The translations under genes and the position numbers were made by a program. From positions 1 through 23,647 of the forward strand of contig CAXGUD010000053.1 of assembly GCA_964012805.1 (NCBI GenBank): 23,647 bases of DNA, read 5' to 3'. Under the pieces are notes generated by a model. That model ran no database searches, was not told the origin of the DNA, and saw nothing but the letters and a program-made list of their open reading frames with translations. Source of the DNA: an uncultured Bacteriovoracaceae bacterium. GTDB taxonomy: Bacteria > Bdellovibrionota > Bacteriovoracia > Bacteriovoracales > Bacteriovoracaceae. Numbering within the stretch: position 1 is the first letter of the stretch; the number at the start of each line of letters is the position of its first letter. Positions 1 through 7,472 of this stretch are shown here, one piece after another.

Positions 1-609
1 CCTTCAAACCGTTATGACCCAGTGGGAGCTGAGATAGGTATTAGGCTCACAGATTACTCAACATCCGGGTTGGCCATCAGTTTTGAACTTCCCGCTGTTA
101 AAAGTAAACCAATAACAGAGAAGCTTTTTTTAGAAGTCTTTGATTTAAAAACCAATGAACTCGTTTTTAAAAACCCTTTACCAATCGTTTCTCCACTAGG
201 TGATATAGCTGAGGAGGCTGTCGCCGAGTACTCTGCTGCAATTTATCCCAAATTAGGTGCAAGGCTAGCGATGAAGCATTTTGCTGCCATCCTTTCAAGT
301 TATTTAACTTACAAAGCAATGATGAGAGATAAAAGCCAAAGGTATTGGGCAAAAATTACGGCCTTAACACAATACCTCGCCCTAACCAAGGCCATTGAAG
401 CTTCAGAAAAAGCAGACACAAGGTACTGGAGTTCCCTTCCTGCTACGATTCACCTAGCAGATGGTTATCTCAAAAAAGGAAATTATAGGGCCCAAGTTGT
501 TATTAGAGCGACTGATAACAAATCCGCTCCGTCCAGGGTTTATCCTTTAGGAAAATTTAACATAGAAAAAGAAAATCAGAAAAAGGTCTTGAATTTTAGG
601 CTTAAGTAA
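1..609 (+). CDS. 5'-truncated hypothetical protein, C-terminal part of a COG3014-like (putative lipoprotein) family member
   Basis: Frame 1 is open from base 1 (cct tca aac cgt tat gac cca gtg...), so the GTG at 22 is probably internal. The motif EKADTRYWSSLPATI after a helical Ala-rich segment matches the ADxRxWxxLP signature I recall for COG3014 proteins. Family call is from recognition, not a search. Confidence 0.55.
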   Translation, partial: PSNRYDPVGAEIGIRLTDYSTSGLAISFELPAVKSKPITEKLFLEVFDLKTNELVFKNPLPIVSPLGDIAEEAVAEYSAAIYPKLGARLAMKHFAAILSSYLTYKAMMRDKSQRYWAKITALTQYLALTKAIEASEKADTRYWSSLPATIHLADGYLKKGNYRAQVVIRATDNKSAPSRVYPLGKFNIEKENQKKVLNFRLK

Positions 610-1297
610 AAATTTTCTGAACAATATTTTCTTTAGTTGCTGTAACAGAATCTCCTTCCCAAACGATCTGCCCAGCTTCTAACATTATAATTTTGTCTCC
701 AAACTCGAGGGCCTTTTCTGTGTTCTGTTCGACAAGAATAATGGAAAGCCCTTCATCTTTTAATTTTTTTAAAACTTTATAACACTCATCGACCATTTTA
801 GGCATGAGGCCTAAAGAGATTTCATCAACTACCAAAACCTTAGGGTTCACCATTAAGCCCCTAGAGACTGCCAACATTTGCTGTTCGCCACCAGAAAGGA
901 GACCCGCTTTTTGATTCTTCCTCTCCTTTAAAATCGGAAAATACTCATAGCTTTTTAAAATTCCTTTTTCACATTCTTCACTAGTTAAAATGTGACCTCC
1001 GGCCATTAAATTTTCAAATACAGTCAAGTTTGGAAAAATCCTTCTTCCTTCCGGAACAACCGCCAGACCTTCTAAAATTCGTTTGTCACTAGGAAGAGAG
1101 GTAATATTTTTATCCTTAAAAAAAATATCTCCACCGTGGCAATCAACAAGCCCCATTAAGCATAAAAGCCCAGACGTCTTACCCGCTCCATTAGGTCCAA
1201 TCAAACTTAAAACTTCCCCTTCTTTAAGCTCAAAAGAAAGCCCTCTCAAAACAGATGATTCACCATAACCGCAATTTAAGTTTAAAACCTTAAGCAT
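602..1297 (-). CDS. livF: HAAT-family (branched-chain amino acid type) ABC transporter ATP-binding protein, LivF-like
   Basis: Walker A GPNGAGKT, VPEGRRIF, signature LSGGEQQMLA, Walker B VVDEISLGL, LVEQN; last gene of the liv operon. Confidence 0.95.
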   Translation of the reverse strand: MLKVLNLNCGYGESSVLRGLSFELKEGEVLSLIGPNGAGKTSGLLCLMGLVDCHGGDIFFKDKNITSLPSDKRILEGLAVVPEGRRIFPNLTVFENLMAGGHILTSEECEKGILKSYEYFPILKERKNQKAGLLSGGEQQMLAVSRGLMVNPKVLVVDEISLGLMPKMVDECYKVLKKLKDEGLSIILVEQNTEKALEFGDKIIMLEAGQIVWEGDSVTATKENIVQKIFT

Positions 1298-2048
1298 TTT
1301 TATTTGTTCCTAGATAAGCCCTTTTCACGTCTTCATTTTTCATAACGTCTAAAGCGTCTCCATAAGCCAAAGACCGTCCATTATCTTGAACATATATCTT
1401 TTTGCATATTCTTATGACTTCTTTTAAATTGTGTTCAATAAGAAGAATGGTTTGTCCCTTTTCATTCAATTTAACGATTAAGTCCCCTAAAGAGCTTGCT
1501 TCCTTTTGGTTAAGCCCAGCTAAGGGTTCATCCAATAAAAGAAGAAGAGGGTCTAAAGCCAAGGCCCGTGCTACCTCTAACCTTTTTAAATAACCAAGGG
1601 GCAATGTTTCGGGGTATTCATTCAAAACCTCACCAAGACCCACAATTTCAAGAAGCTCTTTTGCTTTTTTTTCTTCTTCAGCTGTTTCATTTATAAATAG
1701 TGACTTAAAAAGGTTTTTCGTTTTATTTTTCCCACAAGCTAGAACAACATTATCTATACAATTGAAAGAATTTAAAGGGCTTACTATTTGTTGAGCAAGA
1801 GAAAGACCTAAGTTAATTCTTTCGTGGATTGGTTTACCATTTAAAAGCTCCCCATTTAAAAGGATTTTTCCCTCTTGTGGCTCAACCATTCCGGTAATGG
1901 TTTTCATTAAAGTCGTTTTGCCAGCTCCATTTGGGCCAATGAACCCAACGAGTTCTCCTTTCTCAAGAGAAAAATTAACTTTATTAACGGCAATAACACC
2001 GCCAAAACGTACCGTAATATTTTCAATTTCAAGAAGCTTTTTGCTCAT
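1290..2048 (-). CDS. livG: HAAT-family ABC transporter ATP-binding protein, LivG-like
   Basis: RFGGVIAV, GPNGAGKTT, KRLEVARALA, LLLDEPLAGL, LIEH, C-terminal VKRAYLG; overlaps livF by 8 nt. Confidence 0.95.
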   Translation of the reverse strand: MSKKLLEIENITVRFGGVIAVNKVNFSLEKGELVGFIGPNGAGKTTLMKTITGMVEPQEGKILLNGELLNGKPIHERINLGLSLAQQIVSPLNSFNCIDNVVLACGKNKTKNLFKSLFINETAEEEKKAKELLEIVGLGEVLNEYPETLPLGYLKRLEVARALALDPLLLLLDEPLAGLNQKEASSLGDLIVKLNEKGQTILLIEHNLKEVIRICKKIYVQDNGRSLAYGDALDVMKNEDVKRAYLGTNKNA

Positions 2049-2910
2049 TTTTATTTTCTTTATCTAATTTACTTTTTCTATTTTTTTTTATTTTTTCAAC
2101 AAGCCCCTTAAGGCCTTCTGGTGAAAATCTCATCATGAAAAAAAGAAGGGCACTATAAAAGAGAAGTTTATAATCATCCACAAATTGAAAGACCATGGGA
2201 AGAACACTTAAAAAAGCAGCCGTTATGGAGACGGCCCAAACGGAGCCGACGCCCCCAATAATCACCATGGCGAGGACACTAACAGACTCCACAAATCCAA
2301 AGCTATCAGGACCTATGAAGCGCAGGTGGTGCGCGTATAAGGCCCCTGCGACGCCAGCAACTGAAGTTCCAATAACAAAGGCAAAAATTTTATAATGAGA
2401 AACATTGATGCCAAGACTTCTCGTTACATCTTCATCATCAGAAATTGATTCGAAAACTTTTCCCATCCAAGATTTTTTTATTCTTAAAGAGAAAAAAGCA
2501 AAAAGAGAAGCTAAAAAAAGACAAAAGACTAAAAACCAAAAGCGGCTAAAACCTGGGGAGGGAATCCCTGAAATTCCCACTTCTCCACCCAAAAAGTCCT
2601 GCTGCCTGACAACTCCTACAAAAAGAAATCCTACTCCCATCGTTGTAATGGCCAAAAAATCATGGCGTACTCTAAGGCTGCAAAGACCTATAAAAAAGCC
2701 AAGAATTCCCGAAGTAAGAGCGGCAAAGGGAAGAGTTAATAAAAATGGATAAGACGCTTTAGTCATCATAGCAGAAGTATAAGCACCTGTTCCTAAAAAA
2801 GCGGCGTGCCCCAAACTAATTTGACCACAAAGGCCCGTGACAAAGTTAAGAGCAAGAGCAAATAGAATGCTAATGGACATAGTCGTGAGTAAGGTAATCT
2901 CATAGTCCAT
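2029..2910 (-). CDS. livM: HAAT-family ABC transporter permease, LivM-like
   Basis: GQISLGHAAFLGTGAY, LRVRHDFLAITT, MVIIGGVGS; multiple hydrophobic segments. Confidence 0.93.
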   Translation of the reverse strand: MDYEITLLTTMSISILFALALNFVTGLCGQISLGHAAFLGTGAYTSAMMTKASYPFLLTLPFAALTSGILGFFIGLCSLRVRHDFLAITTMGVGFLFVGVVRQQDFLGGEVGISGIPSPGFSRFWFLVFCLFLASLFAFFSLRIKKSWMGKVFESISDDEDVTRSLGINVSHYKIFAFVIGTSVAGVAGALYAHHLRFIGPDSFGFVESVSVLAMVIIGGVGSVWAVSITAAFLSVLPMVFQFVDDYKLLFYSALLFFMMRFSPEGLKGLVEKIKKNRKSKLDKENKNEQKAS

Positions 2911-2912
2911 TT

Positions 2913-3773
2913 TTAATTTTCCCCCATGATGCCTTTAGGTCTTACCATCAAAATAATAATAAGAAGTCCAAAAGCAATCGCGTCGCGATCCAATACTTTA
3001 CCTAGATAAATCGTTCCGAAAGACTCAACAATTCCTAAGAGAAGAGAAGCTATTAAAGTTCCCCTAATATTACCAAGTCCACCAAGAACAATAATGGCCA
3101 ATCCTTTATAAGAAGGAACGGCACCCATTGTTGGTTCGACGAGGTTATTTAAAAGGGCCACAAAAACACCGGCCGTCGCCGTTAAGGCAGAGCCTACAAA
3201 AAAGTTTAAGTAGCGGACCCTATTTTTATTAATTCCAAAGGCCTGGGCCATGTCGGGGTCACTGACTGTGGCCCTCCACGCAATACCCGTTCGGGTGTGA
3301 TTTGATAGCCAAGATAAAAAGAGAAGCATAACAAGTGAAAAAAGGATGACAACAACTTCACCTATTTTTAAATTCATCCCCAGTATACTAAGGTTATCAG
3401 CGAGTGGTGGGTTTATATAACTTATTCCGTAAGGGCCAAAAATAATTCGAAATATTTCTTCCATAGCAATAAAAAGAGCAATAGAAGCGATAAGGGTGAC
3501 AAATGGCGGTCTTTTTAAAATGGGTTCATAGGCAAATTTATAAATTCCCATTCCGCAAATGCCAACAAAAATCATGGCCAATAAAATGGCCAAAGCAAAA
3601 CTTCCCGTTTGGTTTGTAACGAGGACTCCAACATAGCCCCCTAAAGTAAAAAGGCCGGCGTGGGCGACATGAAGGACTCGAAGAAGTCCATAAACAAGAG
3701 TTAATCCAAGAGTCATAAGCCCATAAAGACTTCCTTGAACAATCCCTTGAATTAATAGTTCTAAATAGAGCAC
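2913..3773 (-). CDS. livH: HAAT-family ABC transporter permease, LivH-like (GTG start)
   Basis: LGLTLVYGLLRVLHVAHA, IIVLGGLGNIRG, C-terminal RPKGIMG; multiple hydrophobic segments. Confidence 0.93.
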   Translation of the reverse strand: MLYLELLIQGIVQGSLYGLMTLGLTLVYGLLRVLHVAHAGLFTLGGYVGVLVTNQTGSFALAILLAMIFVGICGMGIYKFAYEPILKRPPFVTLIASIALFIAMEEIFRIIFGPYGISYINPPLADNLSILGMNLKIGEVVVILFSLVMLLFLSWLSNHTRTGIAWRATVSDPDMAQAFGINKNRVRYLNFFVGSALTATAGVFVALLNNLVEPTMGAVPSYKGLAIIVLGGLGNIRGTLIASLLLGIVESFGTIYLGKVLDRDAIAFGLLIIILMVRPKGIMGEN

Positions 3774-3796
3774 TTTATTCTCTTAAAAATTGAGGC

Positions 3797-3830
3797 CCAT
3801 TCCCTTTTCTTTTTTAAGAAAAGGGAATGG
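3797..3830 (-). terminator. Perfect 15-bp stem-loop between livK and livH (mRNA-stabilising or attenuating hairpin)
   Basis: ccattcccttttctt (3797-3811), 4-nt loop, aagaaaagggaatgg (3816-3830). It lies just downstream of the binding-protein stop. There is no U-tract after the stem on the transcribed (-) strand, so it is not a canonical intrinsic terminator. Confidence 0.75.
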
Positions 3831-3846
3831 ACTTTTAATATAATGA

Positions 3847-5007
3847 TTATTTATTCGGAGGAGCTAATAGTTTAGGGTCACTAATGATTGAATGATGCCT
3901 CCAGTTTCCATCTTTTACGACCTGGATTTGAACATCTTTTTTAACTTCACCTAAAGCATTGAAAGCAATTTTACCCGTAGAAGCTTCTAAGCTTGTTTCG
4001 GAAATGGCCTTCCTAATAGCAGCTTTGTCTTCTATTCCAGCTTTTCTTAAAGCAGCAACAGCAACAGAGACAGCTGTGTGAGCAGACGCCCCAACCATAT
4101 CGACCTTATGCTTGGCCCTCTCTTCAAAGGCTTTAATAAAATCTTGAGTGACTTTTGACTTGGAATCCCTATCAAGTGAAGTTGTTATGATAACTCCTTC
4201 AGCCGCTTTTTTAGCAATTTTGATAAAAACTTGAGAATCATATCCTTCCTGACCAATAATTGGTACATTAACTCCAGCAGCTCTTAACTGACTAACAAGA
4301 GGCCCTGCTGTAAAAAAGTATCCAGTCGCATAGATAGCATCAGGCTTATCACTTTTTACTTTAGAAACGATAGGACCAAATTGTCTGTCTTTAATACTGT
4401 ACTCATACTCTGAAGCGATATTAATGCCAAACTTCGATGAAGCTTCTTTGAAACCTCTAGCAAGAGACTTTCCAAAATCATTTTTTAAAACAATTAAAGA
4501 AACTTTTTTCTTCCCAAGGGATTCACCAATTAACTTAGCTCCAGCTCTACCTTGAACCTCACCAACGAAAGAAGTTCTAAAAACAAAATCACCAGCTTTT
4601 GTAATTCCTGGGTGAACAGCATAAGCTGAAATATAAGGAGTTTTATTTTCTTGAAAAACACCCGCTGCGGCCCTAGTTGAACCAGAATAGCTTCCCGAAA
4701 TACCAATAACTACTTTATCTTTTTGAATTAATTTTTGTGCAATAGGAACCGACTCTTTTGGAGAAGCTTGATCATCATAAACAACTAACTTGATTTTTGT
4801 TCCATTAATTCCACCAGCATCATTCGCTTGAGCAACTGCCAATTCTGCTCCATTTAAGGCAGACTTTCCATCAGCTGCTGCAAAACCAGTCAAAGGGACA
4901 TTAAAACCAATTTTAACTTCAGAAGGCTTGTCACCCATTCCGTAGACATTTGAATTTAAAAGTAAGAAAAAAGACATTAAAAATAAGAAAGGTTTTTTTA
5001 AAAACAT
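3847..5007 (-). CDS. livK: HAAT-family ABC transporter periplasmic substrate-binding protein, LivJ/LivK-like
   Basis: Signal peptide, VKIGFNVPLTG, NDAGGING, VYDDQASP, FVFRT, NDFG, GKIAFNALGE. Start placed at ATG 5007 behind GGAGGA (5011-5016); the ORF track start at 5019 is the alternative. The true ligand is unknown. Confidence 0.9.
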   Translation of the reverse strand: MFLKKPFLFLMSFFLLLNSNVYGMGDKPSEVKIGFNVPLTGFAAADGKSALNGAELAVAQANDAGGINGTKIKLVVYDDQASPKESVPIAQKLIQKDKVVIGISGSYSGSTRAAAGVFQENKTPYISAYAVHPGITKAGDFVFRTSFVGEVQGRAGAKLIGESLGKKKVSLIVLKNDFGKSLARGFKEASSKFGINIASEYEYSIKDRQFGPIVSKVKSDKPDAIYATGYFFTAGPLVSQLRAAGVNVPIIGQEGYDSQVFIKIAKKAAEGVIITTSLDRDSKSKVTQDFIKAFEERAKHKVDMVGASAHTAVSVAVAALRKAGIEDKAAIRKAISETSLEASTGKIAFNALGEVKKDVQIQVVKDGNWRHHSIISDPKLLAPPNK

Positions 5008-5231
5008 CAATCCTCCCATATGGATTTATTAAGCGTTTATTCATTTAAAATTATGCCTTAAATCAAAACAATATTAAATAAATTTAGACAAAGTTTGAGT
5101 CAAAAGAAACAATTCATCAGTTTAAAATTTTTTAATGGCAAAAAATTAGCAAAAGAATGACTAACAAAATGAATACTTTATTATTTTCTTTCTATAATGG
5201 GATAGATATGACTGATAATTAAACTCGGTTT

Positions 5232-7313
5232 CTATTCTCTCACGTTAAAGGTCTTGGCCTTTTCAACAAGAATATTGCCTCTCATATAAAGAGGACTCTT
5301 TTTTTGATTAAGTCTTTTTATAATCTTTTTTCTTAGCTTTTTTAGAAAGAGTTTCTTCTTTTCTTTTTCAAAGCTAACAATTAAAGCAAAACGAAATCCT
5401 CCTCTTAACATCGAATTTTTTGAAAAAGAGTTGTGAACAAAGATGCGGTTCCCGCTATCTTTGTGACCGTTTATACCTTTTAAGATAAAGTGTTTCGTTA
5501 AAGAAGGTTCGTTTTCTAAATCTTTAAAATTCCAAACACCATCCTGGGTTATGAGATAACTCTCTTTTTTCTTAAAATGCCTTGGGATAAAAATTTCAGA
5601 AGGCACCCCAAGCCTTTTTGCCTTCCAATGGGCATAGAAATATTTTTGATCTACAAAATACTCTTTTCCCTTAGGGTCTGGTCTAAGAGAAACCCACTTC
5701 AGCTCCCGATTTTTATAGCTGTCTCTTACGTTGTCATTATAATAGGAGTTATAAAGCTCTCCAGCCGTCCTTTTAATATAACCTCTCTCAAAGGCCTTGT
5801 GGGTTGATTTTAAATAATCTTTAGGGGTTGCAAATTTTGTTAAGGCGCCACCAGAAATTCCCAAAAATCCTTCTGGGGTTTTCAGGTCTTTATTTTTATT
5901 ATTCTTCCATTTGGCTTTATCTGGACTCCACTCCCACTTTGTTCCCGATAAACTGAGAGAGTAAAAATCTACATAACGGCTCTTTATTTTATTTCCAAAA
6001 GTGTCAGCAAAAAGTTTCTTCCTCTTTCCTAGGCCTTTTCTAACGATGATTCCCTTAGGTTTTCCAAAATCGAGGGCCTGGTAAGTGGCCTTCACTCTCC
6101 TATTCACATCTGAGATTTCAGGTTTTGGGTAAAGAGGAATTCCAAACTCACTGACAAAGGGAGGGATTTCATAAAGCCTCGCGGCCTTTCTTATAGAATC
6201 ATAGTTTTCAAGGTAGCCGCCATTTTTAACAATTTTTTTTAAGACCAGCCCCTGCCTTTTTTCATCATAAAAGTGAGCGTTCCAAACCCACCCTTCTCCT
6301 GGGGACTCTTCAAGATGTCCATACCCCAAAGGCTTGACTGCAAGGTCGATGGCACCCATAGCGCGGAGGGAGACATTCCAAAAAACGACAGGCTCGGAAA
6401 ACATGAGCTTATCCTCCCACCCAACGTCTTCCATCCTCTTTTTAAGCAATCTATAAAGTTTAAAGAGCTTGTTATTCACAAAGTCTTTCATATCCTTTCT
6501 TTTATTGGTTCCGTTGGCGGGTTCATTGTAGGGGTCAAGGCCTATAATATAAGAGAACTCTTCTTTGGTGAGGTTCTTTTTAATGTATTTAAGGGTGTGC
6601 CCTATCATATCTGTGTAAACATCCCAAACCGGAACCAATCCATTTTGAGGCGTGTGGAGATTAGCATTATTCCAAAACTTCGTATTAGCGTCCTTTACAC
6701 CGCGGTTAAAAAAGTAACTCATAGACCAGACAAAACATTTGGCCCTTATTTTTCCAAGCCGTAAAAGCCAACAGCCTTCATCTTTATGCTTAACCTTCAT
6801 CCAATCTACGATAAACTCTGGAGTCCCGTTGTAGCCATCTTTAATCGCCTTAGAAAAAGCGTCTTGGTGGAAATCAATAAAGATATACATACCCAGCTTA
6901 ATGGCCTTTTTCATTTGCTTAACTTGTTTTTCAAGGTAGACGTCGTCGTACTCCCTAAAACTTTTTTCTACTCCAGGCCATTGAAACATCCACCTTAAAA
7001 CATTGGTCCCAACTTTGGCCTTTTGATCTTCTAAAAATTTTTCAGCATCCTCAGCATTTTTAAAACTTAAGTAGTCTCCGTTTTTTGCCATTCCCGAAAC
7101 GTTCCAACCCCGCATGAGGACTTCTCTTCCCCAAAGGTCTCTAAAATAATGATCCGTTTGGCCTTTATAGCTTTTAGACGCAACTTCAAGATCCCTCGTT
7201 TTTGGATGGGTAAGATCAAGGAAAGAGCCATCCGCCTTAAAGGCCCAGACCTTGACAGATGTTAAAAAAGAAGTGGCACAGAAAAAAAAGAAAAACGAAA
7301 TAAGAAAATTCAC
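5232..7313 (-). CDS. Secreted GH5 glycoside hydrolase, endoglycoceramidase-like (paralog A)
   Basis: Hydrophobic N-terminal signal sequence; DLWGREVLMRGWNVSG, FIDFHQD, acid/base DPYNEP, NAHFY, nucleophile VSEFG; C-terminal beta-domain-like region with SEIFIPRHF. GTG start preceded by GAGG. Confidence 0.82.
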   Translation of the reverse strand: MNFLISFFFFFCATSFLTSVKVWAFKADGSFLDLTHPKTRDLEVASKSYKGQTDHYFRDLWGREVLMRGWNVSGMAKNGDYLSFKNAEDAEKFLEDQKAKVGTNVLRWMFQWPGVEKSFREYDDVYLEKQVKQMKKAIKLGMYIFIDFHQDAFSKAIKDGYNGTPEFIVDWMKVKHKDEGCWLLRLGKIRAKCFVWSMSYFFNRGVKDANTKFWNNANLHTPQNGLVPVWDVYTDMIGHTLKYIKKNLTKEEFSYIIGLDPYNEPANGTNKRKDMKDFVNNKLFKLYRLLKKRMEDVGWEDKLMFSEPVVFWNVSLRAMGAIDLAVKPLGYGHLEESPGEGWVWNAHFYDEKRQGLVLKKIVKNGGYLENYDSIRKAARLYEIPPFVSEFGIPLYPKPEISDVNRRVKATYQALDFGKPKGIIVRKGLGKRKKLFADTFGNKIKSRYVDFYSLSLSGTKWEWSPDKAKWKNNKNKDLKTPEGFLGISGGALTKFATPKDYLKSTHKAFERGYIKRTAGELYNSYYNDNVRDSYKNRELKWVSLRPDPKGKEYFVDQKYFYAHWKAKRLGVPSEIFIPRHFKKKESYLITQDGVWNFKDLENEPSLTKHFILKGINGHKDSGNRIFVHNSFSKNSMLRGGFRFALIVSFEKEKKKLFLKKLRKKIIKRLNQKKSPLYMRGNILVEKAKTFNVRE

Positions 7314-7472
7314 TATGGCCTCAATTTAATAAAGAGAGTGTTTGTTAAAAAGTGACCTATTGTATCCTTTTAATGGCCGATGGCAATATATAGACGGAGG
7401 AAAGGCAGCGTAAGGGCCTAAAAAAGACTAGACAAAGCCTCGAAGAAAAAAGACTATACGCATTATAATCGT

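Noticed and set aside
5136..5151. Sigma-54-like GG-N10-GC motif tggcaaaaaattagca
   Set aside because: It is on the plus strand, pointing away from livK and into the 3' end of a minus-strand gene, and the -12 element is imperfect.
7282..7289. A8 homopolymer in the signal-peptide region of GH5 paralog A as a phase-variation tract
   Set aside because: Runs of 7-8 A/T are common throughout this window and the frame is intact.
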